A stretch of DNA of 64,000 nucleotides, from positions 1,258 to 65,257 of IMG/VR virus record IMGVR_UViG_3300021368_002114. One strand, given 5' to 3'. Source of the stretch: a virus. Lineage: Duplodnaviria > Caudoviricetes. Each line of letters begins with the position of its first letter. Positions within the stretch are counted from its first letter, which is position 1. Under the pieces are notes generated by a model. It did not search any database. It saw only the letters and a program-made list of their open reading frames with translations, and had not been told where the DNA came from. This document shows, in pieces, positions 50,274-59,204 of this stretch. A program made the translations under genes and the position numbers.

Positions 50274-51254
50274 ATGTCAAAAATCAAAAAAGAAATCCTA
50301 AAGAAACTTAAAGAGTATGCTAACAAAATGGGTAGAGACCATTTGGGTGGTGATGATTATACATCTTCTAAAAAAGGTGGATTGAGAGATTTTGATGGAT
50401 ATGATAATGTAGATTATAACAAGGATATGCCGATGGATGAAGGGATGTTTTCTACAATAGACCAAATTAGACAAGATTCAAAAGATGTTAGAGATTTCGT
50501 AAAGAAAGTATTTGCTGATAGAGATTTCAGAGATATGAAAAACGATAAAGATTTTATAAAGTATCTTAAATCTATTTACGAAGGTACTAATGAATCCAAA
50601 GGAGTACCTGCAAATTATATGCAAGGAAGAACTTCAGATTATCATACAGCATTAAGAGGAAAAAATAGAGATTATAGTGGTGGTACTAACTTTAAGAAAA
50701 AACATCACGGTCAACCTGATATAGAGAATGAAGATGAGGACCAAGAAACAAATCATTTGAAATCTGAAAGTGGTAAAGAAAAATCAGAAAAGAATTATAA
50801 GGATTGGAAAAGTACTAATGAGGGATTTGATAAGGTAGAACATTTATCACTACTAAACCAAGCCTTGAGAGCAATGCCTGGTTCCCAAAAACAAAAAGAT
50901 ATAATTAGAAAACTTAACAAGGTTAGAAAAGCTGGTGGTATGAGACCACTTAAAGAACAAAGTATTGTTGAGTATGGACAAAGATTAGATTTATCTTTTA
51001 TTGCAGATGAAGAGGCTAAATTAAAAGGTACTCCAAAATCAAAAGATGCAATTGATAGAGATATAGATGAATCAACAATAAACGAAATTGGTTTATTTCC
51101 AATACAAAATTATGTAAAGGGTATTATACCTGGTGATTTTATCAATACAACAACACCAAAGAAAAAAGAAAGATTAAGGTCTACCTTAAGAGATTTGAAA
51201 AACACTTTGAATCACTTTTGGAAGCAACATAAAATACCATATAGAATTAAATAA
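50274..51254 (+). CDS. Probable modular internal virion protein
   Basis: Modules separated by MDE, TNE, LKE, IVE, IDE and INE sites; late motif upstream. Confidence 0.5.
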   Translation: MSKIKKEILKKLKEYANKMGRDHLGGDDYTSSKKGGLRDFDGYDNVDYNKDMPMDEGMFSTIDQIRQDSKDVRDFVKKVFADRDFRDMKNDKDFIKYLKSIYEGTNESKGVPANYMQGRTSDYHTALRGKNRDYSGGTNFKKKHHGQPDIENEDEDQETNHLKSESGKEKSEKNYKDWKSTNEGFDKVEHLSLLNQALRAMPGSQKQKDIIRKLNKVRKAGGMRPLKEQSIVEYGQRLDLSFIADEEAKLKGTPKSKDAIDRDIDESTINEIGLFPIQNYVKGIIPGDFINTTTPKKKERLRSTLRDLKNTLNHFWKQHKIPYRIK

Positions 51255-51256
51255 TT

Positions 51257-51745
51257 ATGCCAATCAAACCAAAAGGAATTATCGTACACTCAATGGCAGA
51301 ATACTTGAAGATGCCAGAAGGACCAATGAAAGCTCATGATTTTTTGAAATCAGTAAAATTATCAGTTCATGGATTTATACATCCTGATGGAACTTATGAA
51401 AAAATGGTAGAATCACCAGGTAAAGCATTTCATGCTGGTAAATCAGAATGGGGTGGGTTACAACATCTTAACTCACACTTTTTAGGATTTGAACTTCTTG
51501 TACCAGGAGAACATGATTTCGGTACGTTTAGTAAGGCAATAGAAACTGAGGGAACTTATACTGAAGAACAATTCAAAACATCAGTAGAAACTGTTAAGTG
51601 GTGGATGAGTGAGTATAATATTCCAGCAGAAAATGTAGTAAGACATTCTGATTGTAGTGGTGATGATGTAAGAGGTAAAGGAAAGGGTAAAACTGACCCC
51701 GGTTCGGCATTTGATTGGAATAGATTTAAGGAAGAGATTTCTTAA
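51257..51745 (+). CDS. N-acetylmuramoyl-L-alanine amidase (Amidase_2), probable endolysin
   Basis: IIVH, SVH, AFHAG, GFE, VRHSD, KTDPG. Confidence 0.88.
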   Translation: MPIKPKGIIVHSMAEYLKMPEGPMKAHDFLKSVKLSVHGFIHPDGTYEKMVESPGKAFHAGKSEWGGLQHLNSHFLGFELLVPGEHDFGTFSKAIETEGTYTEEQFKTSVETVKWWMSEYNIPAENVVRHSDCSGDDVRGKGKGKTDPGSAFDWNRFKEEIS

Positions 51746-51802
51746 ATTTTAATATATATAATAAATAAAGGTTACATCTCAAAATTAAAGAGGAGTAATA
51801 AA

Positions 51803-52138
51803 ATGATAGAAGGTACACCAGAAGAAGTAAAAAAACATACTCATCCTGCAGATACAAATGGGGATGGTAAGGTGTCAAAAGAAGAGCACGATATGTATCT
51901 TGAGTTCAAGAGAAAAGAACTTGATGACCAAGATGCAATGAGAGATGCACAAAGAAAAATGGCGTGGTTTGCGTTATTTGGTATGTTGTTATATCCATTC
52001 GCAGTTGTTTTGGCCAATCTAATAAAACTAGATTCAGCGGCAACAATACTTGGTGATATGGCAGCAACTTACTTTGTATCAGTTGCAGCAATCGTAGCGG
52101 CTTTCTTTGGGACTCAAGCTTATAGTAAAGGTAAATAA
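51803..52138 (+). CDS. Two-TM membrane protein with EF-hand-like loop, holin candidate
   Basis: DTNGDGKVSKEE; two hydrophobic helices; follows the amidase. Confidence 0.55.
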   Translation: MIEGTPEEVKKHTHPADTNGDGKVSKEEHDMYLEFKRKELDDQDAMRDAQRKMAWFALFGMLLYPFAVVLANLIKLDSAATILGDMAATYFVSVAAIVAAFFGTQAYSKGK

Positions 52139-52154
52139 AATTAAATAAAAAGTT

Positions 52155-52628
52155 ATGATATATTGGTTTACAGGTCAGCCAGGTGCTGGTAAAACTGTAT
52201 TAGGAAAAAAACTTCACTCATTCCTTAAAACTGAAAAAAGAAATTGGAGAAAATCTGCATTTCATCTTGATGGAGATGAACTAAGAGAACTTACAATTAA
52301 TAAGGATTATTCACCTGAGGGTAGAGAAAATAATATTAGAAATGCACATATGATTGTTGAGTATCTAAATAACAATGGATGTGATGTTGTGGTATCTCTC
52401 GTTGCACCATATAGATGGTTGAGAGAAGAGTTAAAAGAAAGAATTGGATTTGAAAACTTCTGTGAATTTTATGTACATTGTTCAGAACCTCGTGAAAGAG
52501 ACCACTTTCATGTGAAAGATTATGAGGCACCAGAAGTTGAATTTATTGATGTAGATACTACAAAGGACTCACCTGAAGTATCTTTTTCAAAAATTATAAA
52601 TCATTTAACTAAGTTAGATAAATTATAG
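52155..52628 (+). CDS. cysC: Adenylyl-sulfate (APS) kinase-like protein
   Basis: WFTGQPGAGKT, LDGDELR, GRENNI, VVSLVAPY, YEAP. Confidence 0.8.
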   Translation: MIYWFTGQPGAGKTVLGKKLHSFLKTEKRNWRKSAFHLDGDELRELTINKDYSPEGRENNIRNAHMIVEYLNNNGCDVVVSLVAPYRWLREELKERIGFENFCEFYVHCSEPRERDHFHVKDYEAPEVEFIDVDTTKDSPEVSFSKIINHLTKLDKL

Positions 52629-53032
52629 TGAAAGATTATGTACTAGATTACATCAATTCATTATACTTTGAACTCAGACCAAGTAAAATTCATGGAGTGG
52701 GATTATTCTCAATTTGTGATATATCAGTTGGTTCAAATATATTTCCTTTATGGAATGGAGATACATCGGAATATAACATAAGTATTAAAAAAATAAAACC
52801 TCATGTACTTGAGGTAATTCAAAAATATTTTCCAATAGTAGATGGTAAAATAAAACTGTTGTTAATTCATAACTTTTGTTTTTGGTTTCCTTGGAGAATA
52901 TACACAAACACACATTCAAAGTTTAATATAACTTATGATGGAACTGCTTTATATGATATTAAAAAAAATGATGAAATTTTACTTAAAACATATTTTGATT
53001 CTTATTCAGAAAAACCAAATAAAATTTTCTAA
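52628..53032 (+). CDS. Degenerate SET-domain protein
   Basis: PSKIHGVGLFSICDI, NTHS..N, ALYDIKKNDEI; GTG start. Confidence 0.6.
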   Translation: MKDYVLDYINSLYFELRPSKIHGVGLFSICDISVGSNIFPLWNGDTSEYNISIKKIKPHVLEVIQKYFPIVDGKIKLLLIHNFCFWFPWRIYTNTHSKFNITYDGTALYDIKKNDEILLKTYFDSYSEKPNKIF

Positions 53033-53640
53033 TGAAAGTATTAATTATATCGGCACCTAGATGTGGTTCAACTTCTTTATCGAGAGCTATAGCCTCATCA
53101 TATGGATTAAGGAAACATGAAGAGCCATATAACTTTTATTGGGGTGAATTATATGAATCTGAAACTATTCCATCATATGATTGTGTAATTAAATGTATGT
53201 CTTATGAAAAACTACCAAAATGGAATACAGCTGTAGAATTTCTAACTGATTTATCTAAAGAGTTCACTCATGTTATTTGTTTAGATAGAAGAAACTTTCA
53301 AGAGCAAAATGAAAGTTTTTCATATATGAGACAAAAAAGATACGATGGCCCATGGCAAGAACCATATATTTTTGATGATAAAGCTAAAAAAGATGTAGAT
53401 TTTATAAGAGATGAACAGTACTTAAAAGTTCTAAAAGATAATGTTCATCTAGTTGCAAAAAATATAGGTACAAAAGTTACATTTTATGAGGATATATTTT
53501 GTGGTGATGAACCCTTATTTTTATATGAAATGTGGAAGCTCGGATTAGATATAGACTACAGTAAGGCCGAAAAATTTGTAAATCCTGGTAATAAGTTAAG
53601 AATAGATAGAAATTCAAGTATAAAATATAATGTAATATGA
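53032..53640 (+). CDS. Sulfotransferase-like protein
   Basis: SAPRCGSTSL PAPS-binding loop, HEEP, LDRRN...S, FYED. Confidence 0.7.
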   Translation: MKVLIISAPRCGSTSLSRAIASSYGLRKHEEPYNFYWGELYESETIPSYDCVIKCMSYEKLPKWNTAVEFLTDLSKEFTHVICLDRRNFQEQNESFSYMRQKRYDGPWQEPYIFDDKAKKDVDFIRDEQYLKVLKDNVHLVAKNIGTKVTFYEDIFCGDEPLFLYEMWKLGLDIDYSKAEKFVNPGNKLRIDRNSSIKYNVI

Positions 53641-54341
53641 AAATAGCCTTTTGTTTCTTGGCTTATGGTGATGAATATGTTAGAGAGTTTCTTCAAATAG
53701 CTCCAAACTTTCCTAAAGAAGATATTATAGTTACTTCAGATAGACAAATAGAAGATTACAATACTATAATTGTTAATGAAGATTTTAACTTTCATTTACG
53801 AGTAAAAGCAATTGAAAAAGCATTAGAAACTTATGATAATATTTTATCATTAGATACAGACCATTATATAAGAGGATTGGATTTGAATTATTTTAGTAAA
53901 TTTCACAATAAAGGAATTGTTATGAAATGGTTTGGTGATTCGGTGGAATATTTAGGTGAACATATAACAAGTGATGATTTATCAAATGGATTAACATCTA
54001 GACAGGATGTAAATGAGTTTGGTAGAATGTTATATTTCTTAAACAATTCAGAAGAAGTAAAATTTTTAGATGAATCAGTATTATTTATATCAATTACTGA
54101 TAGTGAATTAAAATCTAAGTTTGTGGATATTTATAAAAAGTTAATAAATCATACAAAAAATAAACAACCATATAGAGAAACTGATAAAACATATGGAGCA
54201 TTGGAAGGGTGTTTAATGTATGTATGTTTTAGATTATCTAATGTAGAATTACATACAGAAAGTAAGTTTCTAAATAAAACATTTATTCACTATGGTCCAG
54301 TTGAAGGACATAATGTTAAAATAAAAAGTAAAATATTATGA
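53637..54341 (+). CDS. GT-A-like protein
   Basis: AYGDEY, TSD, LDTD; similar layout to 60171..60815. Confidence 0.5.
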   Translation: MKIAFCFLAYGDEYVREFLQIAPNFPKEDIIVTSDRQIEDYNTIIVNEDFNFHLRVKAIEKALETYDNILSLDTDHYIRGLDLNYFSKFHNKGIVMKWFGDSVEYLGEHITSDDLSNGLTSRQDVNEFGRMLYFLNNSEEVKFLDESVLFISITDSELKSKFVDIYKKLINHTKNKQPYRETDKTYGALEGCLMYVCFRLSNVELHTESKFLNKTFIHYGPVEGHNVKIKSKIL

Positions 54342-54697
54342 GTAAAAAATATTCAATGTTTATTGGTAGATGGCAACCTTTACACAAAGGGCATCTATGG
54401 TTAATTCATCAAAGATTAAAAGAAGGTAAGAATGTTTGTTTAGCAATTAGAGATGTTGAACCAAACGAAAACCAACCTTGGACTGCAAAACAGATTGAGG
54501 AGATGGTACATGAAGGAGAACTAAAACAATTAATACAAGATGGTAGAATTATTACGACTATTATTCCTGACATTGAATCTATCAATTACGGTAGAGGAGT
54601 CGGATATGATGTTATAGAACACTTTCCTCCTGAGGAAATTAAAGAAATATCTGCAACTAAGATTAGAGAACAGATGAGAGCTGATGGTAAGTTATGA
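54338..54697 (+). CDS. HxGH nucleotidyltransferase (cytidylyltransferase-like)
   Basis: FIGRWQPLHKGH, YGRGVGY, ISATKIR. Confidence 0.85.
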   Translation: MSKKYSMFIGRWQPLHKGHLWLIHQRLKEGKNVCLAIRDVEPNENQPWTAKQIEEMVHEGELKQLIQDGRIITTIIPDIESINYGRGVGYDVIEHFPPEEIKEISATKIREQMRADGKL

Positions 54698-55194
54698 TAG
54701 AAATATTAGATGATTTTTTATCAAAACAACAATGTAAATTTTTAATAAACCAATACTTGCAAAACGAAGATAAGTTATTTGAAGTAGATGATATGACTTA
54801 TAGTTTTGAGGGGTTAAATATTATTAAATCTAATATAGAATTTGAATCTGTAATTCCAAAACTAAAATCTATGTATTATCAAAATAGATTAAGAATACAA
54901 AAAGTTAACGAAAATACTAACTTAAATAAAAATTATCATAGTCATAAAAATGATTACGAATCTGTGAATAATAATTTTGTTATTTTCTTAAATGATAATT
55001 ATAATGGAGGGGAGTTAGAATTTGATGGTATAGAATTAACTAAAATAAAACCTAAAACAGGAAGAATAGTTAAGTTTACAGCAGAAGAACCACATAGAGT
55101 TTTGAAGGTTGTAGGTGATAGGTTTACTTTAGTTGGATTTTTAGATAATAATATTACACATGGTGATTTGACAATAAAAAATCATTTAATATAA
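54694..55194 (+). CDS. 2OG-Fe(II) oxygenase
   Basis: DDFLS, FLNDNYNGGEL, PHRV...G.RFTLV. Confidence 0.75.
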   Translation: MIEILDDFLSKQQCKFLINQYLQNEDKLFEVDDMTYSFEGLNIIKSNIEFESVIPKLKSMYYQNRLRIQKVNENTNLNKNYHSHKNDYESVNNNFVIFLNDNYNGGELEFDGIELTKIKPKTGRIVKFTAEEPHRVLKVVGDRFTLVGFLDNNITHGDLTIKNHLI

Positions 55195-55415
55195 TGGTAA
55201 GTAGAAAAAGACACATACTAAAAACAATAAGTTGGAGAATTATAGGTACATTAGATACTATGATTCTTTCATGGATTATTACAGGCAATTGGAAAGTTGG
55301 AGTTGCAATCGGTGGTGTAGAGTTATTAACAAAAATGGTTCTTTATTATTTTCATGAAAGAGCCTGGTATAAATTTAGTAGTTATGGAATTGATAAGACC
55401 AAACGTAAAAAATGA
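55194..55415 (+). CDS. DUF2061-like small membrane protein
   Basis: RHILKTISWRIIGT...KMVLYYFHERAW. Confidence 0.85.
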   Translation: MVSRKRHILKTISWRIIGTLDTMILSWIITGNWKVGVAIGGVELLTKMVLYYFHERAWYKFSSYGIDKTKRKK

Positions 55416-56415
55416 ATGGGGTAATCTCAAAGAGATTATCGTAGGTAGTGCAATCAATGCACAAGTACCAACAGTAGGAGATAAGTGTTTACATAATATT
55501 GATTATGCACATCTTTCTGATGAAGAGTTTCAAAATAGACCGAGTGGATTATATCCACAACAGATTATAGAAGAAACTGAAGAAGATTTAGATAGGATTG
55601 CTGAACAACTTACTGAAATAGGAGTAAAGGTTCACAGACCTTTAGAAAGAGATTTTTCACAACCAATTAAAACAGAAAATTGGGAAGTAGATGGGTACTA
55701 CAACTATTGTCCTCGTGATTCTATGTTTGTTATTAACGATAAGGTTATTGCAACTCCAATGACTTTGAGACATCGTTCTAATGAAGCTGAAACTTGTAAA
55801 CCACTATTCGAACCAAGTTCGTGGGTAGAAGCACCAAAACCAAAATTATTAGATTCAATTTATCAGAGGGAAGATTTATCAATTCCTACCCTACTCGATG
55901 GTGAGCCTGTATTTGATGCAGCAAACGTAATCAAACACAATAATGATATTCTTTATCTTGTATCTAACACAGGTAATAAAGATGGAGCAAAGTGGTTAGA
56001 AGGATATTGTAAAGAAAACTTTGGTAATGAGTACAAAGTACACACCGCAGAAGGGATTTATGCGTACATTCACATTGATACTACGTTTGTATTCGTTGGT
56101 GAGGGTAAAGTACTCTTAAATCCAACGAGAGTGAACGAGAACAACATACCAGAGTTCTTAAAACCATTCGATAAGATTTGGTCACCTGATATGATTGTAA
56201 CAAATGTATTAGAAGATTGGTGTTCTGCCTCACCTTGGTTGGGAATGAACATCTTACCAATAAACGATAAACTTTGTATGGTTGAAGAAAGACAAACCAA
56301 TCTAATACATGAACTTAAGAAGTGGGGTATTGAAACTCTTCCAGTCCGAATGAGACATGCTAGAACTTTTAGTGGAGGACCTCATTGTGTAACTTTGGAT
56401 GTAGTAAGAGAATAA
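55384..56415 (+). CDS. Amidinotransferase (glycine / inosamine-phosphate amidinotransferase-like)
   Basis: NEWGNLKEIIVG, YCPRD, FDAAN, HIDTT, GGPHCVTLD (Cys-His-Asp triad); start 55384 preferred. Confidence 0.88.
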   Translation: MELIRPNVKNEWGNLKEIIVGSAINAQVPTVGDKCLHNIDYAHLSDEEFQNRPSGLYPQQIIEETEEDLDRIAEQLTEIGVKVHRPLERDFSQPIKTENWEVDGYYNYCPRDSMFVINDKVIATPMTLRHRSNEAETCKPLFEPSSWVEAPKPKLLDSIYQREDLSIPTLLDGEPVFDAANVIKHNNDILYLVSNTGNKDGAKWLEGYCKENFGNEYKVHTAEGIYAYIHIDTTFVFVGEGKVLLNPTRVNENNIPEFLKPFDKIWSPDMIVTNVLEDWCSASPWLGMNILPINDKLCMVEERQTNLIHELKKWGIETLPVRMRHARTFSGGPHCVTLDVVRE

Positions 56416-56474
56416 TTTAAGGAAAGTGTATCAAAAAATTATTATATACTATACTTATATAAAAGAAGATTAGT

Positions 56475-57038
56475 ATGGAAAATAAAAATGAGAAGATATT
56501 TCCTAACTTTGACCCAACACAAGACCTTTCTTTGGCGGGTAAAAATAGGAGAATGAAACGAGGATTGGGTTCTAAACCCCTATTAGAATCAGAAATAAAA
56601 GAAGTTCAACAAAAGGCTCGTTCTGCAATGGAAGCCGCTCGTTTACTTGGAGTATCTTACAACACTTATAAAAAATACGCAAGAAAATATGGTATCTTTG
56701 AGGATTTGAAAAATCCCGATGGTACAGGTATTCGTAAAGGTTACAATCTCAAGAGAGGAAAATATTCTTTAGATGATATTCTAAAAGGAAAATATCCTGA
56801 TTATCCTGTATGGAAATTAAAACAGAGATTATTACATAATGGATATATGTTAGAAAAATGTAATAAATGTGGATTTGAAGAAAAAAGAATTACAGATAAC
56901 AAAGTTCCTTTAGTTTTAGATTTTATAGATGGAGATAGAAAAAATCACTTATATGAAAACCTTAGAATGTTATGTTTCAATTGTTCATTTTTGATAAATG
57001 GAAACTTAACAGGACCTAGAAAAGAATACGAATATTAA
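56475..57038 (+). CDS. HTH protein with degenerate HNH-like zinc domain
   Basis: [19 protein letters not shown]; CNKCG...LDFIDG...NLRMLCFNC. Confidence 0.7.
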   Translation: MENKNEKIFPNFDPTQDLSLAGKNRRMKRGLGSKPLLESEIKEVQQKARSAMEAARLLGVSYNTYKKYARKYGIFEDLKNPDGTGIRKGYNLKRGKYSLDDILKGKYPDYPVWKLKQRLLHNGYMLEKCNKCGFEEKRITDNKVPLVLDFIDGDRKNHLYENLRMLCFNCSFLINGNLTGPRKEYEY

Positions 57039-57364
57039 TGAGCTACATAATAGGAAGTCCATGTGAAGGAGTATGTGATACAGCATGTGTTCATGTATGT
57101 CCAGTAGATTGTATTCACGGTCCAATAGATATTGAGGGTGGTGGAAAAGAAGTAGATGGAATGTCAAAAGAAGAACTGGCTGGAAAAATGTTGTACATAG
57201 ACCCTGATGAGTGTATAGATTGTGGAGCTTGTTTACCTGAATGTCCTGTTCATGCAATATTCGAAGATGAAGAAACTGCTATTGAAAAAGATGGAACAGA
57301 TGATTTTGTGAAAAGAAATTATGAATTTTTTGGAAGAGAATGGAAGGGTGTTGAAAATTTATAA
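57038..57364 (+). CDS. Dicluster Fe-S ferredoxin
   Basis: [18 protein letters not shown] and [12 protein letters not shown]. Confidence 0.92.
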   Translation: MSYIIGSPCEGVCDTACVHVCPVDCIHGPIDIEGGGKEVDGMSKEELAGKMLYIDPDECIDCGACLPECPVHAIFEDEETAIEKDGTDDFVKRNYEFFGREWKGVENL

Positions 57365-57371
57365 AAAAATA

Positions 57372-57410
57372 TTTGGCGGTATCAAATATTTTTCGTATAT
57401 TTGTATCAAA
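57372..57410 (+). promoter_or_regulatory. Bacteroidota-type early promoter, copy 6
   Basis: TTTG-N20-TATATTTG upstream of ATG 57427. Confidence 0.85.
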
Positions 57411-57426
57411 TAAATAAATAATAATT

Positions 57427-57636
57427 ATGAAATATTTCGAAGTTACAGTAGAAGTGGAAGTTGCCACACTTAAAAATGGTAATCCAAAGTTAAAAAAAGA
57501 AATCTACTTAGTAGATGCACAATCAGTAACAGAAGCTGAGGCTAGAACTGTTAAGGATTTTGAAGATTCAAATGTTCAAATCTCTTACAAAGTAAGTGGT
57601 GCAAAAGAAAGTAGAGTATTAAGAGTAATTGAGTAA
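57427..57636 (+). CDS. DUF4494-like small protein
   Basis: YFEVTV...KEIYLVDAQSVTEAEAR resembles this Bacteroidota family. Confidence 0.65.
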   Translation: MKYFEVTVEVEVATLKNGNPKLKKEIYLVDAQSVTEAEARTVKDFEDSNVQISYKVSGAKESRVLRVIE

Positions 57637-57902
57637 TGAGTACAGAACCAAAAATAGAAGAGAACGAAATAAAAACTAAAGTTGCTCAGAGAGTTCCACC
57701 TGGTGATAGGTGGGCTCCTCTTTCCAACACTACGGTTACATTAGATTCTTTAACTGATGTTCTTGAGTTTGTTTACCAAGATACAGGTAAGACACAATTT
57801 TATATGGATGCTCGTGAAGGGTTTGTATATGTTGTAGATACTGAAGAAGTGGTAATAGAACCAGAACCAGAAAAGAGGTGGAGTTTATACGGAGAAGAGT
57901 AA
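57636..57902 (+). CDS. Hypothetical protein
   Basis: TAATG-coupled ORF. Confidence 0.65.
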   Translation: MSTEPKIEENEIKTKVAQRVPPGDRWAPLSNTTVTLDSLTDVLEFVYQDTGKTQFYMDAREGFVYVVDTEEVVIEPEPEKRWSLYGEE

Positions 57903-58020
57903 AAATAAAAATATTTTTAGAAATTAACAATAAATTAATGTAATATTATATTTCTTTTTATATTAATATATAATTATATAAAAGTACATTAATCATCTAT
58001 AAATACACAGTTATTAACAA

Positions 58021-58158
58021 ATGAAATTAAAATTCAAAAAATTAATTCTAAAAATCGTTCTTATCTATGCAACACTATTCCCAAACTCTGGTTTAATTGA
58101 AACTCAAAAATCATTATCTGAACTAGAAGATGAGGGTGAGGTTCATATAGGTATATAA
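58021..58158 (+). CDS. Possible 45-aa small protein
   Basis: Hand-translated MKLKFKKLILKIVLIYATLFPN...HIGI; abuts the next gene. Confidence 0.45.
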   Translation: MKLKFKKLILKIVLIYATLFPNSGLIETQKSLSELEDEGEVHIGI

Positions 58159-58159
58159 T

Positions 58160-58723
58160 ATGATAAGTAAACATAAGTTAGGTTACGATAAAAACTACCT
58201 AAGCAAACTTGCACAAGAAATTGATTATAATATCACTTTAGATTTACGTGCAAACTTAGAAGGTGGACCTGAAAGACCTCGTATTCAATCTAATGTTGTA
58301 ATTCATAACGGTCTTATAAAAGAAGTATCAAATAAAATACTTGATATCATAATAAAAGAATGTTACGATGGTGAAGATTTTCCATATACTTTAAGAAATT
58401 GGGTTTTTATCATTGATGAAAAATCACCAGAAGGCGAAGATTTTCATAATCACACAAGAATGCAAGATTTAGCAACAAAAGGTGAGTGGACATTTACTTA
58501 TTATGTAACTATGCCAAATAACTTAAAAAGGGATGATGGTTACATCTACTTCAAAGATAAAGATTACAACAAAGCAATACTTCCTAAAGAAGATGAATTA
58601 CTAATATTTCCAGCAAATTTAATGCACTTACCAAAAATAAGTCCTAATTCTAGAATTAGTAGAAGAGTTATTGCTGGAACAATCTCAAAGGTAAAATATA
58701 AATCAAATAAAACATTAGTGTAA
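58160..58723 (+). CDS. 2OG-Fe(II) oxygenase-like protein
   Basis: FHNH, TYYV, DG.IYF, LLIFPANLMH, RRVIAG. Confidence 0.7.
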   Translation: MISKHKLGYDKNYLSKLAQEIDYNITLDLRANLEGGPERPRIQSNVVIHNGLIKEVSNKILDIIIKECYDGEDFPYTLRNWVFIIDEKSPEGEDFHNHTRMQDLATKGEWTFTYYVTMPNNLKRDDGYIYFKDKDYNKAILPKEDELLIFPANLMHLPKISPNSRISRRVIAGTISKVKYKSNKTLV

Positions 58724-58798
58724 TAAAAGAGAAAATTAAGTTTTTCAATAAACTATATATTTATAGTAGTATTAATAAAATTAAATAAAGGTAAAATT

Positions 58799-59194
58799 AT
58801 GCAAACAATTCTAATCATTATTGGACTTTTAGCAATCGCTGCAGGAGTTGGATATGTATTAATTAAAAAGGGAAAAATCAAAGATTCTGATGGTGATTTT
58901 ATTCCAGATGTAGTTGAAGATAAAGTAGACGATATCAAAGAAGGAGTTCAGAAAAAAGTTAAAGCCGTAAAAACAAGAGTTAAAAAGGTAAAAGACGAAA
59001 TCGAAGATGTAGTAGAGGAACTTGGGGATGTTGTTTCAGCAATCAAAGGTAAACCTACCAAAACTAAATTAAACGGACTTACCAAAAAACAATTAGTTGA
59101 TTCGGCAAAAGCTGACCACGGTGTTGAATTAGACCCAAAAGTTAAAAAATCAACACTTGTAAATAAAGTTTACTCGATTTATAATAAAAAATAA
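58799..59194 (+). CDS. Membrane-anchored protein with Rho-N-like C-terminal helix pair
   Basis: N-terminal TM, DSDGDFIPD, LNGLTKKQL...KKSTLV. Confidence 0.55.
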   Translation: MQTILIIIGLLAIAAGVGYVLIKKGKIKDSDGDFIPDVVEDKVDDIKEGVQKKVKAVKTRVKKVKDEIEDVVEELGDVVSAIKGKPTKTKLNGLTKKQLVDSAKADHGVELDPKVKKSTLVNKVYSIYNKK

Positions 59195-59204
59195 GGAGTA
59201 ACAA

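Noticed and set aside
57903-58020. Very AT-rich gap as a replication origin
   Set aside because: No iterons or other supporting structure; AT richness alone is uninformative in this genome.
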